Shown: positions 40,101-53,569 of the stretch, one piece after another
How positions within the stretch are numbered: the first letter of the stretch is position 1
Layout: every line of letters starts with the position of its first letter
NCBI GenBank assembly: GCA_973895155.1
Contig: OZ316894.1
Span: forward strand, 17,080,563-17,144,562
Direction: 5' to 3'
Length of the DNA: 64,000 nucleotides
Source of the DNA: Marsupella aquatica
Taxonomy: Eukaryota; Plantae; Marchantiophyta
Position numbers and translations under genes: made by a program
Notes under the pieces: model-generated
The model's input: only the letters and a program-made list of their open reading frames with translations
The model's database searches: none
What the model was told of the DNA's origin: nothing

Positions 40101-41703
40101 TATCCATTACACCTCCCATTTGCGGACTTTTATATTATGTATCACATGAGCCATCCATTTCACGAGGTCTACACGACGGATCTCAATGTGGGAAAGAAAT
40201 TTCTAGAATCCTACCATTCTTCCATTCCAATCATTGTGAGTTTTCTCAAAATGTGATGTCTAGAGTGAGTATGAGATCGCTAAATATCCACATGAGGATG
40301 TGTGAAATTTTCCTTGTCTTAGGATTTAGACTGCAATCTAGTATGTTATCATTGTATGCAGATAGGACTGTTAAGAAGCTATGTTTGTTGGATTGTGAAA
40401 CATGGTGCTGGAATCAAAGATTGTGTTGAGTGACTAGTAACGGTTGTTCCAACATTTCATAATGCAACATCATCAATTGCACTTTTCCAAAGCACATGAC
40501 ATTTCAGGCTATACCTTAATTCTTCCCGATTAGCTAAGTTTGCATTTCAAGAATAGTTTGGAAAGACGGTTGTTTGGAAATTACATATCACATATTGCTC
40601 GAAAAGTCATTGCACACAGGTTTTGCAAACAAGTAAGTCAACAGAGCATGTTACCACACCTGTTAGCGCAACAAGAACATTTCTAGTCACAATGTAATGC
40701 ATAGTTGAGATGGACCTGAAGTTTTGTTTTGGGGTGAATTCAAAACAATTCATAATCTTGGCGGAAAGTATGGGCAATGTTTAGTGTCTCGATGAATTTT
40801 TAGGATTGCTAAAAGTAAACCCTAAATTGTGAAACCTAATATACTCATCCGATCCTCTGACCTGTGATAGGAACTTAGAAGAAGTCTCTTCATTGGTCCC
40901 AATATCCATCATGCTCTGGTGAATCAAGCTTGTAATAGGGCTAAGCTGATCCTTAACTTGGAAAAGCTAGAATTTTATGATTATGCATAGTACCATTCTA
41001 TTGCTCTCAAACCAAGCATTTTCTTCTTCCTTTCTAGATGCAACTATTTTATAGCCATTGATGAACTTCAATTGGTCATAAACCTAAATTTCAAATACAT
41101 GTAACGGGTTTGGTATTTCAGCTTGTCATTTTTCAATGTCTTTGTTATAAATGGGAGATGATCTTGAACATTCTTCTCGATTGATTTTCTTCTAAGTTGA
41201 TTCAAGTACTCCATCTCTGTATGGTAATCAAACAAGAGCGACCAGGCAAGAGAAAATGCTGCAAGCTCAATCTTTGCGACAAGTTCCTGAGTTGAATTTA
41301 TTTCCGAACCTTTGCATTATGATTGCTCTGTACTTACATAATGTTTGTCTAGCTTGTGGCAGTGCAAATAAGGACGAATTGCTCACTCTTCTACATGGGA
41401 ATATCACTAAAGGCATTGAAGGAAAACTTAATGCACATACTTGGATGGTCCAACTGACATTGAGAGATTCTTCACTACAGCTTGTAGTTAACGAATATGA
41501 TCATACATCTCTCCATTTGTTGAGACAACAAATTTCAATAAAACATTTATCTTTGGAAAATGTGTCAAAATAAGCCTTTTACACATGGCATGACATCACT
41601 TTAGTAAGGGGGAGATACACAAATTGGAGACATACAAGATTGAATTTAGCAAATAAGTATTTCTTAAAGCTTTGCTGTGTGGAGCAAAAGCAAAGAAGTC
41701 ATC

Positions 41704-44700
41704 ATGTCATCCGGATCCTATGAAGATAAAGCTCGAGTTCACTTTGAAGACGAAGATGGACCAGGGAGTTCCAAAAGTCCCTCAAGCCCCAAAAGTCCAA
41801 AGAGCCCAAAGAGTCCGCAACATCTTGCATTGGAAAAACGGAGAGCCACCCCAAGTGCACTAACAACCTTGAAGCCTGCCATCATGCCTAAGACTATCCC
41901 AGCAACAATTGGAGTGGCAGCTGCTTTTGCTGTATCAACTGACATAGTAAAGGCAGCCCCTCCCAAAACACCCCTCGAAGATGAGGTGACTGCTTCTCGA
42001 CTCCAAGAATTATTATTTATTTTTCTTGCTTTTAAGTATAGACTCCAAGCTTCAATCAAGAAATGATTGACTTAACCAACTTGCAAAGCTTGTTGAGTAT
42101 TTTAGCTCATTGACATCATGACTGGATGATTTGTAAGTGTGAATTATTAGATTCACAGTCAGATTATCATCACCTCCTTTCATATGAATATTTGCAACCG
42201 TCCAACTTTTCTCATGATAGAATTGAACATTGTCATACATTCAGATGAAGGAGTTGCACAAGAAGTTTAGGATGATGACTGCAAGCCAGAGACATTTCCA
42301 TGCAGAAAGTGAAGCAGTTCTTCGAAGACAAAGAGCTCTTCTGGACACCCTTCTTGCTGACAACAAGAGTGTTCAGCAACAAATAGATCTCTATTGGAAT
42401 GAGGTTCGTCTACTTGCATAAGACGCCCATTCATTTAACCTTAATTTAATGTTTACAAGGAGCTAAGCTAACTTGCTCAAACCAAAACATTTGCAAGAAT
42501 GACCTTCCGCACATATGTCCAGGGGTTTTTAAATTTTTTTTTAGAGATTTCCCCCTGTCTGGGTACACAAGCTCACGCCCTTTACCAGTACTTGGTCATG
42601 AAAACCTTGGGAATTAATTCCTGGTTAGGACAAAGCTCAAAAAAGCTTATTACGAGCTTGTATCAATTAATTCATTGTGTTCACTGTCCTGGTTTTTGTT
42701 TGTTTGTTTTGGTCTTCTGTGCTTTCTTGTGTGTACTTGTAAATTGGGTTGACACCATCAATAGTACAGATGTTTCCTCCCAACTTCTCAAAACTTAGAA
42801 CTTTTTTAATTTCCCGGTTGTCCTGAGCACCTAACTATTTATGAAGAGAGTGTCTGACTACTACAGTTGCTGTTAAGGTTTAAGTCTTCAATCATATGGT
42901 CACAGCTAATTTTGTGTCTTCAAATAAATTGTTATTGAGAAAAGTTGAAACACTTGGCCCTCCCCTTCGATGGTCTCCCCACAAAAATGAAACATTTGTG
43001 AACTGGGAAGCTTTGCACATGATGCAAAATTTCTTATTCTATGTTAGGATGTGACATATTCAGAGCAACTTTTATTGTCGTAGAACATTTTTCCTTTCAA
43101 TCAATATTCCATGCAGTTTGGGAAAGAGTTGAGGTTTGCTAGAGGCATTGGAACATACAATCAAATAATTGTATAAAACAATTAAATTTCCATAGCATAC
43201 ATGATTTTCTACCGATTCTGACAATTACAGCTGCAGTGTTTCACTGTTTATCTATAGGATGTATTGTCAGAAATTGCGAGACTGAAAGAAGATGTTGCTT
43301 ATATGACTCAAAAGATTGAGCTTGAGGCAGAAAGATTGAATGAATTGGATAATGTAATTGAGGAGATGTACAATAGAGAATGGGACTCCAGAAAAATGAT
43401 GGGAGGTGTTTTTGCTCCTCGAGATAAGGAGCATCATAATCAAATATATATTCGGATATTGGAGAATCGTTTGGAAAAGGTCAGTCCTATTTTTGTGTGT
43501 GGAATAATATACAAGGCCTACTGACACCACACATTGGGATATTAGCCTCTTGTGCTTTCACACATGCTTCTGCCATTTATAGAGCAAAGCCAAATTCCAA
43601 GCTAGGTTCTATAGTTGGGGCTATTGTTCAGTGAATATCCAATAAGTTGCTGGAAAAAATACTTAATACAGAACATGGAGGAAATTACGTATGTATCAGT
43701 ACAAAAAAGGGCATGTTTCCTTAGAGGTATACTGTCAAGGAATTCCACCTTTTTTAGAAGCCTAGGAGCCAAACATGCATATAGATTGGAAAGATGAGTT
43801 ATGCTTTAGCTAGACTGAGTCATAAAAGTCACAAAATGTGATGCACCCGTGGTATCATTTAACAACTTCAGTATGTTTTCTATAGTGCAGGCTATGGGAG
43901 ACATGGATGCATGTGGGTATTATAACAAATGTCTGTTGGCTGAAATGAATGGCTTGAAAGTAGAGCACGATTTGTTTGATGTTCTAAACGCAAAGCTGGA
44001 GATAGAGCTTCATACCAAAATGGGCCAAATGTCTGAATTGGTAGAAGATTGCTACAATCTTTATGAGCAACGAGATGACTTTCAGCGGCTTATCTCTGGT
44101 ATTAAATCACCTATCCAAATCCAGCTCAGCTAGATTTATTTGCAGGACACAATCTGGCACTGAAGGATGAAGTGATTCAAAGGGATCTAGATTGAGGAGG
44201 TGCTCAGTCAAGATGGACAAGTTGGCTAATCTAATAACCTTACTTTTGAAACTTACTGGAGACCCCATGTTGTTTCCAGAGATTTTGGAGATGGAAGCTG
44301 AAGGGGAAGCATACAAGAGATGGCAACTTTATGGGAGTTGGATCGGTCTAGATGGTAGACCCATTGCTGAAACGGCATTCAAACTAGACGAGGGACAACA
44401 GCGTCGACTAAAAATGAAGCGGCCCACATTGCCCTTGACTAATGTATAAGATCGCTCTCTAAACCACCTCACCCCAATAATACCAGTTCTCACGGTCAGC
44501 AAAACTAATTATTCTAGCTGTCAGTCAAACAGAAGTGTATTAACTTACTATTCTCACTATCCCATTCCAGTTCCAAGAAATGGCAGAAATTGCACCACTA
44601 TTGTCTTTTTTACAAGAGCCTCAGTGCCCCAGTATTGGACTTCTTTCTATTTTCAAGTATTGTTGCGCGCTCACATACTCCAAAGCATAGCTAGTCACAT

Positions 44701-46630
44701 AATTTTTGTTGTTAGAAGTCGTTGCTTCATTATTATGCTTGTGAGGCTAGGGACAGTGTACCTTGGATGACAATGAGAAACCCTTTGAGGGTGTCATTCA
44801 TCAGATAGTAGGCCTATAAGAAAAACATTGTTCGTCAACTAACTCAATGGTGAGTTGCTAGAGCAGGAACAAAGTTTGAGGGAGGTATTTAGTATACAAG
44901 ATGATGATGGAGTGAGCAGATTTGTTTCCAAACCTTGGACCAAAAAATATGAAAAGATCATGGAGGTGAAGGCTTTCACTAAGACACAAGAAGTTCTGGG
45001 ATTCACTCTACAAGAGGTGGACCCTGTACTCCCTGCCCTCCTAGCTGCAAGAGAGAAACATGCAGAACTTCTTCGTAAGGTTCAAGAATTGAATGCGGTA
45101 CATTATCTGACCTTTGCTCAGTTTCCTTCTTCAGTGTTCACAGATCACATCTATGGGCAATTTGTTTTCTGTTCACCAACTTGTGTGTGCTCAGTAAGAC
45201 AGTAACCTACCATTAATCATTTCTACCCAGCAATATCTGCACAAAGCAGCAGTTTCCACCAAAGAAGCTCATGTTCAAAATCTCCTCCACACCCACTGTT
45301 GCCCCCCACCCTCACTCTATTATGCCAGAGACTACATTCTCACCACCTGAGCACCCTTGACACAAGCCAGTTGTTTTACTGCTCAACTTCTCTTCAGTTG
45401 GTTAGTTTTGCATCTCATGTTGCATTTAAGGCATATGGTCATTGTCTTGGTGGCATCTCTTTGAAATCTAAAGTGGTATGGCAAGATTACTAATTTATCA
45501 TCTTTGTCATTGAAAATACACAGGAAATTGAAGCAGCAGCTCTAGAAAAACTTGGAGACTACATGGAAAGCAGTAGTGATGATGATGATGAACCAAATCC
45601 ATATGATGACATGTTTGCCAATTTTACAGAAAATGACTTCCTAAGGCTCATAAAAGAGCTCAAGCGACAAATTTATGCAGTTTTTAAAGAAGCTGGTACT
45701 GTCTACCACACTATTGAAAGATGAACTTGTAAAGTTGAATCTATGGGTTCCTTCCTGAAGTGAGGTCATAAAGTACAGATAGAAAGCCTCAACATCCCTC
45801 GCAACATCCTTCTTAGTCATCTCCTTATTATAATTTAAAAGATAGATGTTTAGTATCAAATATCACTAGGGTCTCTAATTAAGCCTGCTTTTTACCAATG
45901 TATCTAAAATGACAGTACTATGCATCTACTTTCAAGTCCATGGTTCCAAAAAATTGAAATGAAAAAACATGCTTGTTTTTATTATTACATAACATTTTGC
46001 TAAATAATATTAACAAACACTATACTGAGGGAGCAGATTTCTAACCTATTCATTAATTGTTGGTCACTTGTCATTTGTTAGTCATTTTACTTGCTTGCCA
46101 ACCGGCATTGTGTGAAAGATCAGCACAGCTAATTATATTTATCCTTGGGCCTTTTTAGCGCCTAACAATCACATTTAGTTTACTGATATTAAGTCAAATT
46201 TAAATGTTACTGTCTATACCTACATCTCTTGAGTATATGAACAACACTAGCTACAGTAGTTAGTTAGTTATCCTTGTGTTTCATGGGAGAACAATCAAAA
46301 GAATAAATACATTTTGTGGATAACATCTCACTATAAGTGCTCTCTGTTTTGTACATAGGTTTGCCCACATGGGATGAAAATCTTGAGAAGAAGATCATGG
46401 ATGGGACTATTGAAGAAGACTCTTTGGAAATGTCTATCACCAAGCTATTTTCAAAAACTGAGATGTTTATTGAAGAAATCTCTGAGCCTGCAGGCCTGAA
46501 TGAAAACAGGAAAGTATTAGTGACTGGTCAGGATGGCATACAATTTGAGCATCCACAACCCTCAAATGCCAGGACACCCCCCAAAACTCCATCCAAAACA
46601 CCATCCAAAACGCCACCAAAATCCCCTTGA
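41704..46630 (+). CDS. Divergent outer dynein arm docking complex DC2/ODA1 (CCDC114/CCDC63-like) coiled-coil protein; one junction is frame-ambiguous
   Basis: Exons 41704-41985, 42245-42403, 43258-43479, 43891-44098, (44146 or 44208)-44443, 44867-45097, 45524-45695, 46359-46630. Motifs LHKKFRMM...ESEAVLRRQR and MGGV...IRILENRLEKA resemble the ODA1/CCDC63 family. Confidence 0.65.
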
Positions 46631-47227
46631 ACTACTTGATATCCCAACTACCTTAAACGTGTTGCCTGTCTCATGTGGTCTATTGTGGTCCATTTTCTGT
46701 TGATTTTCTCAGTGGTTTGGCTCAGAACATTCTCCTTAATTTTTTCACAAATTGCTGCTTGTACTATAGATTTTTGAAGTTGCATACTTGTTTGATTAGT
46801 CTGAATTAGTTTGTGTGAGGAGAAAATCAATCTTGAAATTGAAGAAATAGATTTTGACATGATCAGTGCTTAAGCTTCAGTAAAAGAAGTTTTACTTCAT
46901 CTTAGTTTAATTTTATTAATAGACAGGGGATATTACTCAGATTTGATTAGTATTTTGTGATAGGAATTCATTTGAAGCTCAACTTAAAAACCTTGCTCAA
47001 TTATATGCTTGTACGTAGAGATTTATGCTATGACACAACACAACAACCAATATTTTTTGTTTTGTGCATATAATGTTGTTGATGAGGATTGTTGAATGCA
47101 ATATGGATTTAAATAAAACTTTAAGATAGGATGGCGCTATCTAATTTTAAATTTACTTACATACGTTGGACTGTCCTTATAATCAAATGCCAAGTGGATG
47201 AAATATAACGTTCCCAAAGATCCTGCT

Positions 47228-47270
47228 CAATTAGTAGTATCACATTAATTTCATGTGATACTACTAATTG
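47228..47270. repeat. Perfect 18-bp inverted repeat with 7-nt loop
   Basis: CAATTAGTAGTATCACAT-taatttc-ATGTGATACTACTAATTG. Confidence 0.9.
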
Positions 47271-49807
47271 TAGTATTTGTAGTATCACGTTCCATGATGA
47301 ATAACTCAACCAAAATGGCTAGAAATTTTGCTCTCACTTTGATAGAAGTGTAGTTTATCTACTCCTCTAGCATATCCTCAAAACTAAAAAATATTTGAGT
47401 TTATGAACATCAAGTTATTACAACTAAATTCTGATTTTGGGAAATGTGGTCCATGGGGGTTTCTAAGACATTTACTCATCAGCGTGATTTTTCAAGTAAT
47501 CAACAGATCGTAATAAAGTAAGGTAGGAAACTTCAAATCGTTTGCACAAACACATCAATGCAAGCTAGATGGCAAGACAACAATGCAAGATTACATAAAA
47601 TGCAAGATTTGCGAGTTGATCCAGAATGAAGAAAGTAATGTCATGAAGTAGAGTACTATATTTCACCATTTGGACCATGCCAATGTCAAAGAACATGAGG
47701 GAAAGTGAATGATGAAATATAGTATTTGGACCCATGCACAAGATGTAATTGCCAATTGAGGCAAGTAAAGGATCATGAAGTAGAATACTATATACGATGG
47801 CTTCCACCATGGCAAAAGACCTGGCAAGCACACAAGGCAGGTGGATGACAAGATATAGTACAATACTTCACAATTTGCAAGTGATAAGGAACAAAGTACC
47901 AAAAATCATCCTCGAATGATACTTCTCAAATCACCTTACAATATGAGGCAAGTGGATGATTAGTACCATGTTTCTTGCTTGTGACAAGTGATATATCATG
48001 AGATCTTGATATGGCTGCTTACGTGGATCGTAAAACAATTACAAGGTTTCCCTCTTTACAAAAAAAGAGAAGCAATATATATGGCATGCAGTCAAGGGAG
48101 TAGACAACAAAAATTTCCAGGGATGTGCACATACAAGCACGGCATGAGTGTTGTTCATTTCAGAGAGAGAGTGTGAAACTAATTAAAACTTAAAAATTGG
48201 GACTATCATAATATCTAGGAGATAGCGACAACAAAACGTCTAAGATTGGGGTTATCTTGTTGTTTATCATAGCAAAGATGGAAAAACTTAGCACCTTACA
48301 ATATGTGAAATATGAGTAGAACTTCAAATAAGACACAAATTGATAGAGAATAAATAATTAAACAACTAAACTAGTAAATCCCAATTTTTTTCCTTTCAGG
48401 CTGCAGAAAATAATGAGGGAAAGCAAGCGAATGACTGCCAATTTGAGGATTTTGACATGAGACAATTCCCCAATTTGAGCAACATGTCTACATATCTGTG
48501 GTAAGTATTTTAATTTCAATCATAAATCTACTTGTTGCTTGCCGACAACAATTTTCTAGTATCCTTCTAGTCTACATACTAGGAAAACATAAAATCTTCT
48601 CACACAAAGTTAAGTTGGGCCTAAATGAGCATTTTTGCATCTTACAGAATGTCCAGATTAAGACATTGTGTAGGCTAGGTTTCTTTCTTGAAACATTCTT
48701 TAGACTTGAATGTCATATGAACCAGATCATCACCGTCCAGCCAGTTGAAAGATGCTTCATTATAACAACACTGATGGAGGTGGAGGATGTTGAGCTATTG
48801 CCACCACTAGAACAAGGCCTGTGTCCAATGCTTATGCAAAGACTCATCATGCCCCATCAATTTCAATGCTTGTGTCTGTTCAAGGGTATTACTTCTCAAC
48901 TCTGATTTACAGTATTCATTCTAACTTGTTTGTTTCTTGATATCTTTACTGCATAGAAATGTTGTGCCCAAGTGATTGTGAAGTAGAATTATCTCTATCT
49001 ACTAAAAGTGCAAGTTTTGCAGCTGCACACAATGATATGAAAAGTGAATTTCACATTGATACACACCTGTACCTACACGGTATCATGGATCCACCAAACC
49101 CCAACCAAATATTAAGAAATCTTGCATGTTTTGATGTTAAGCATATTTTCTGCAGATTGATGAGTATTGACTTTTTTTTGCAGATTGATCAGATTGCCTA
49201 AAACAAGATAAATTGGACCTAATTCCTGGAATCTTGTATATACAGTTCAAACTGGGTTCAAAGAACTGACCTCTACCAATATCCAATTGATATTGGTGTC
49301 TTGTTGGCTTCAAGGTTTAAAATTTTTCATGATTTTACCTTTTCACCTGAGGTAGATGAAATCTCTTTAATTCTGAAAGGGGGTGATCCAGGAAAGGGCA
49401 AAGATTTTATACCTGCTACAGAGCGGGAAGCACATGGTCTAGATCCATGTTGCTGGACAGATCCTTGCATCATGAGGGATGCTAAATTAAATACTCCTCC
49501 CATTTTCATCTAATCGATGAATGATTTGGTCACTGTAGTATTAAGCACACTTAAAAGTAAAATCAAAGGGATACTTAGAAGCGCACCTGGCATAATCTAA
49601 AACCACACCCTAGTTCATTGGTGAGGTATGTATATATGGATTTGATCAAGATATGGTTGGAGATTCCAGACTTGGGACCAAGTGTCTTTGCTAAATAATA
49701 TTGCATGACCAAATCCAACACAAGCTTGAACATGCCAGGTTTGTTTTTTTATACAAGGTCTAACTTGTGATCAACATGATTGTTGACATAACTTGTCATG
49801 TAGTGTA

Positions 49808-50188
49808 TCTTATTATAAAAGCGGAGACTCAAGTCTACTTTTAAGAGCCTAGGTCTAGAGTGAAGCCTCTAGACTGTAACTCTATGGCCATCATGTGCAT
49901 GGGAGAAACTCATAATTAACATGACTATGATCTATGTACATGTCAATTTTTGGTGATAATTTCTATAGGCACTATGGCCCCACCACAACATATAGAAGAT
50001 AGATGTGCATACAGAAAAGACTCATGTGCACATAAAAGAGAATGGTATATTATATATGATTATTAAAATGATAATTTTTTTTTATCATTTTATTAACCTT
50101 CAAAGAATATGAATAGAGAATATATTTTGATAATTCTTTTATTGTCCTCTCTCCTATTTACGTTCAAAGAACGGGTAGTCGGGGCTAG
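49808..50188 (+). mobile_element. Non-autonomous mini-Helitron (381 bp)
   Basis: A|TCTTATTATAAAA...CGTTCAAAGAACG (hairpin 50161-50173) GGTAGTCGGGGCTAG|T. Shares TAGAGTGAAGCCT.TAGACTGTAACTCTATGG with 25259-25623. Confidence 0.88.
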
Positions 50189-50402
50189 TAATTTATAATT
50201 TCAATCTTTAAGATGTATTGATAGTGATCCATTGCATAACCTCACCTACTTTACAGTCATGATGACAGGAAAAAGGTGTCAGATAAATTGAATTATTTGC
50301 ATGGTTTTGAGACCAACCCTACTATTGACTGCCTAACAAAAATCAAGAATTCCATGTGACTTGCTTTTCACACCCATAATGTTTCCAGATGTGATTGTGT
50401 TA

Positions 50403-50737
50403 GAGCATCTCCTATGGTGTAAGCTATTTGCTTACTGTATACATTAAATACAGCATACAAGGTTGTCCTTTTTTAGTCTACTGTATATAGCAAGGGCACC
50501 GTTGGATACTAATCACTCCATCTTGGAGAACCCAGGAATGAATTCTGTATTCAGTCAATGTACTACACAGAAGTTCATATACAGATCCTCCAGTAACCAA
50601 AACCACCCAGTAAGGTCAATAATGAATAGGGTAACAGTAATCCATCGGGGTTGCCTTTTGTGTTTAGCTTTACTGGGTTTGGTCAGGGTCAACATAGAGT
50701 TACAGTAGGCCAAATTCAGTAACCATAGGAGATGGTC
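50403..50737. mobile_element. PIF/Harbinger (Tourist) MITE, 335 bp
   Basis: TTA|GAGCATCTCCTATGGT ... ACCATAGGAGATGGTC|TTA: 15/16 TIR match and TTA target-site duplication. Confidence 0.88.
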
Positions 50738-53388
50738 TTAGACCAAAAATTGGCCTGATGGAAAGGTGATTTGATGCCTTTCTAGTGAGCTGAAGTGGGT
50801 CTTGAGAAGTTGAGTGGTTTCAGAGAATCACCAGCTCAAATGATTATCATTCTAATCATCAATTAGATTTTGATATACAGGTCCTTTTTTTATCAATAGT
50901 GAAATATGTTATCTAAGAAATTTCATTGTTTGGAAGCAATCCATCCTAATTGTAAAAGTCCATCCAAGCATACTTAATTAGCAGCAAACCTTGAGGTCCA
51001 TCAGAACATATATACTTTGACTATGGCTTGCTGCACTTCAAAGGGTAACATGATGAATAGGTATTGCCTTGTCAAGAGCTTTGGTTTTGGGAAAGACGCT
51101 ACAAAGGTTTGGAATTTTGTAATGAGCTTGAATATGGTGCAAAGCATATATAATCACACCAAATTATATAAATATCGAATGGACAGCAAGTTAAGAGCAA
51201 CCAGATAATGACCTTGAAGGTATTTCCCATTACTATGACATTGGGCTGATATGTATCTCAGAATGATCGGGTTATGTATTATTGTTTTGATCAGTCATTT
51301 ACTTTGGTTTGGGCTCTTCTCAGCTATCTGATAAGATTCATAACCAAGTGATATTTCTACACATAGAAAAGTTTATTCACGTATTTAATTTTATGAAGGT
51401 AGCTAAAAGAGCAAGACCAGTTCCATATGTTAAAGGCCTCAAATCCTGACGGACCCAATTTCATCTAAGTGGCTTTGCAAGAATTTCTATGTGTTGATCA
51501 TGCACCTCTTTCCTGTGACTTAGTTTAACAATGAAACCAAGCATATCCTGTATCAAAGGAAAAATCATCTCATATCCAAAATTCAATTCCTTTTCCTGAT
51601 CCACAATATTCAAATTGCAATAGGTTACACTACAAACATTATAAGCTTTATGTTTTGACAAAATATTTGAAATTCCTCAAAGGTGACATCATTTCTTGAT
51701 GTTCTTAAAATATGCTTTACCAAGTGCAAGCAAAGAAAGCAGCAAGTAAAGAAATTATTTTCACTGTCAAAGTAAGATCGATCTTGTTCACAGTTTTTTT
51801 CCATTTAATACAATTATCAGCACTGTACACTTCTTTGCCATGATTTTGCCCTGTATTCCGAGTCAGACGTCATATCCTTGGGTATCATAAATTCCAAACA
51901 TTTCAATTGGAGGAATATTTTGGTTCTTTAATTTTTCCAGGCATGATATAGGTTTTCTTCTTCCTCAGGACTGTTCCATATGCTTTTCTAAGTTCAGCTC
52001 CCCTTTGGCCTTTGGCGTTTGTACTATTCAGCGCTTTCAATAGAAATGAAGGGTTTGCCAACCCGAGACTTCTGGTCAGTTATAGCTGCAGATTGTTTTT
52101 GGCAGGGTTTCCCAACCTGCTCAAATTAGAATGCCTACTATGCCAATTGATTATTGGAAATATGAACTTGGTCTTTGACCTGCCCCAATTATGGATATTT
52201 ATAGGCAGAGCATTGGAAAATAGAGATTGTCCAATATTTTCTACGCATGCTCTAAACCTGATTTGGATGAATAAGATAAGAAAAACATTAGAAACATTGG
52301 CAAGGGATTGTATTGGGTCAAATGATGTGGTGTTGCCGGACTTGATGACCAGCGGAGATTGGGGCAGTCTAACTAATTTAGGATTTTTGACCATTGTTTA
52401 CATAAACTTGGATTGACCAGAAACAACTTAAGTGGGCTCATCCTGGCAGGCATTTTAGTCTTAGCTGAAATTCTGTTTCCCCCAGCCAAGCCATCTCATC
52501 CTAGTTTGAAAGTGATACGGTTCCCTGCACCAATGATTATTGATCGAGAAACTGGTCGAGAAATTTCTCCAGGATCATCTCCTTTCATAAATTTGTTTAT
52601 CTCCACATAGTCAGATTTGTTGCTCCGATTACCATTTTTTTTCACTTTGCCTACAATTATACAAATCTCATCTTCTTCCTCTAGATCAGGGACCTCTGTA
52701 TGCCTGTGTCTATTGGCAATTGTTTCCTTTGAGCTCAAAGAGAAAGGTTCTGGAATTGTGGAGCGACATCTTGGTTGCACATATTTCTGTTGTTCCAACT
52801 CCAACAATACATGCACAATAAGAAATCATGCTAAGTGTTTAGAATCCTTTTTGGTAGATATTTATGAATGTTCAACATGAATTAGTTGTATAATTGAGAA
52901 CTTCTGATCAAGAACTTGTAATATCAATTGCTCAACCTGATAGTGGTTGTGTTAAAACATAAACTAAGTCCTTCAGTATTTTTTCTGTCACATGTGTTCA
53001 ATACTAATACCTTCAGTGCCCACTTCAGTTTATGGAAGGACCAAACTTGAAGCAAAAGATTTTTTTTTGATCGTAAGATGCCTTCAGGCAAGATCGTGGG
53101 TTATGAGGAAAATCCTACGACCAACTTTCTATTCGAATCTCTCTATCTCACAAATTTTCAACCAGTAATTTGGGCAGCTGAACCTGACCATAATTTGATC
53201 AAAGACCTCATTCAAAATCTGCCCAAAAATTGATCGACACTGTTCAGCACATTTATTGTTACTCACACTAAATCCAAGCTGAGTAAATCGTGCACAGAAA
53301 ATAGTATTATATACCGGCCACTAAATGGCAGACATCCTCATCTACTTTTAAATTCTAAGCACAATATGGACAGAGCAATCTTAGCCAA

Positions 53389-53569
53389 ATATATATATAA
53401 CAGTGCCCAAGGGCAAAAAATGCCTAACCGGGAGACATGATCCCAATGGCAAAGCAACCCAATGAAGGGAAGGAAAAGAGGGGAGAGGGCCCCAAGAAAA
53501 ACAAGCCAAGGGGACCCCAAGCAAAAGCCAAAAGATGACGGTGAGTTGTGGCCAGGCTGGGCTTGTACA
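53389..53569 (-). mobile_element. Short TA-tailed interspersed repeat (copy 2), 181 bp
   Basis: Flanked by CAA/CAA (53386-53388, 53570-53572), ends in (TA)n on the minus strand, and resembles 21030-21152. Confidence 0.6.

Noticed and set aside
41601-41617. Polypurine-tract-like AAGGGGGAGA
   Set aside because: No recognisable pol remnant or LTR boundary nearby.
48400-48500. Exon-like segment (TTTCAG...GTAAGT) on the plus strand
   Set aside because: No partner exons or recognisable protein were found.
49301-49513. Walker-A-like GGDPGKGKD in a plus-strand ORF
   Set aside because: Lacks the S/T after GK and has no Walker B. It is probably the antisense of the minus-strand relic, though the strand here is not certain.
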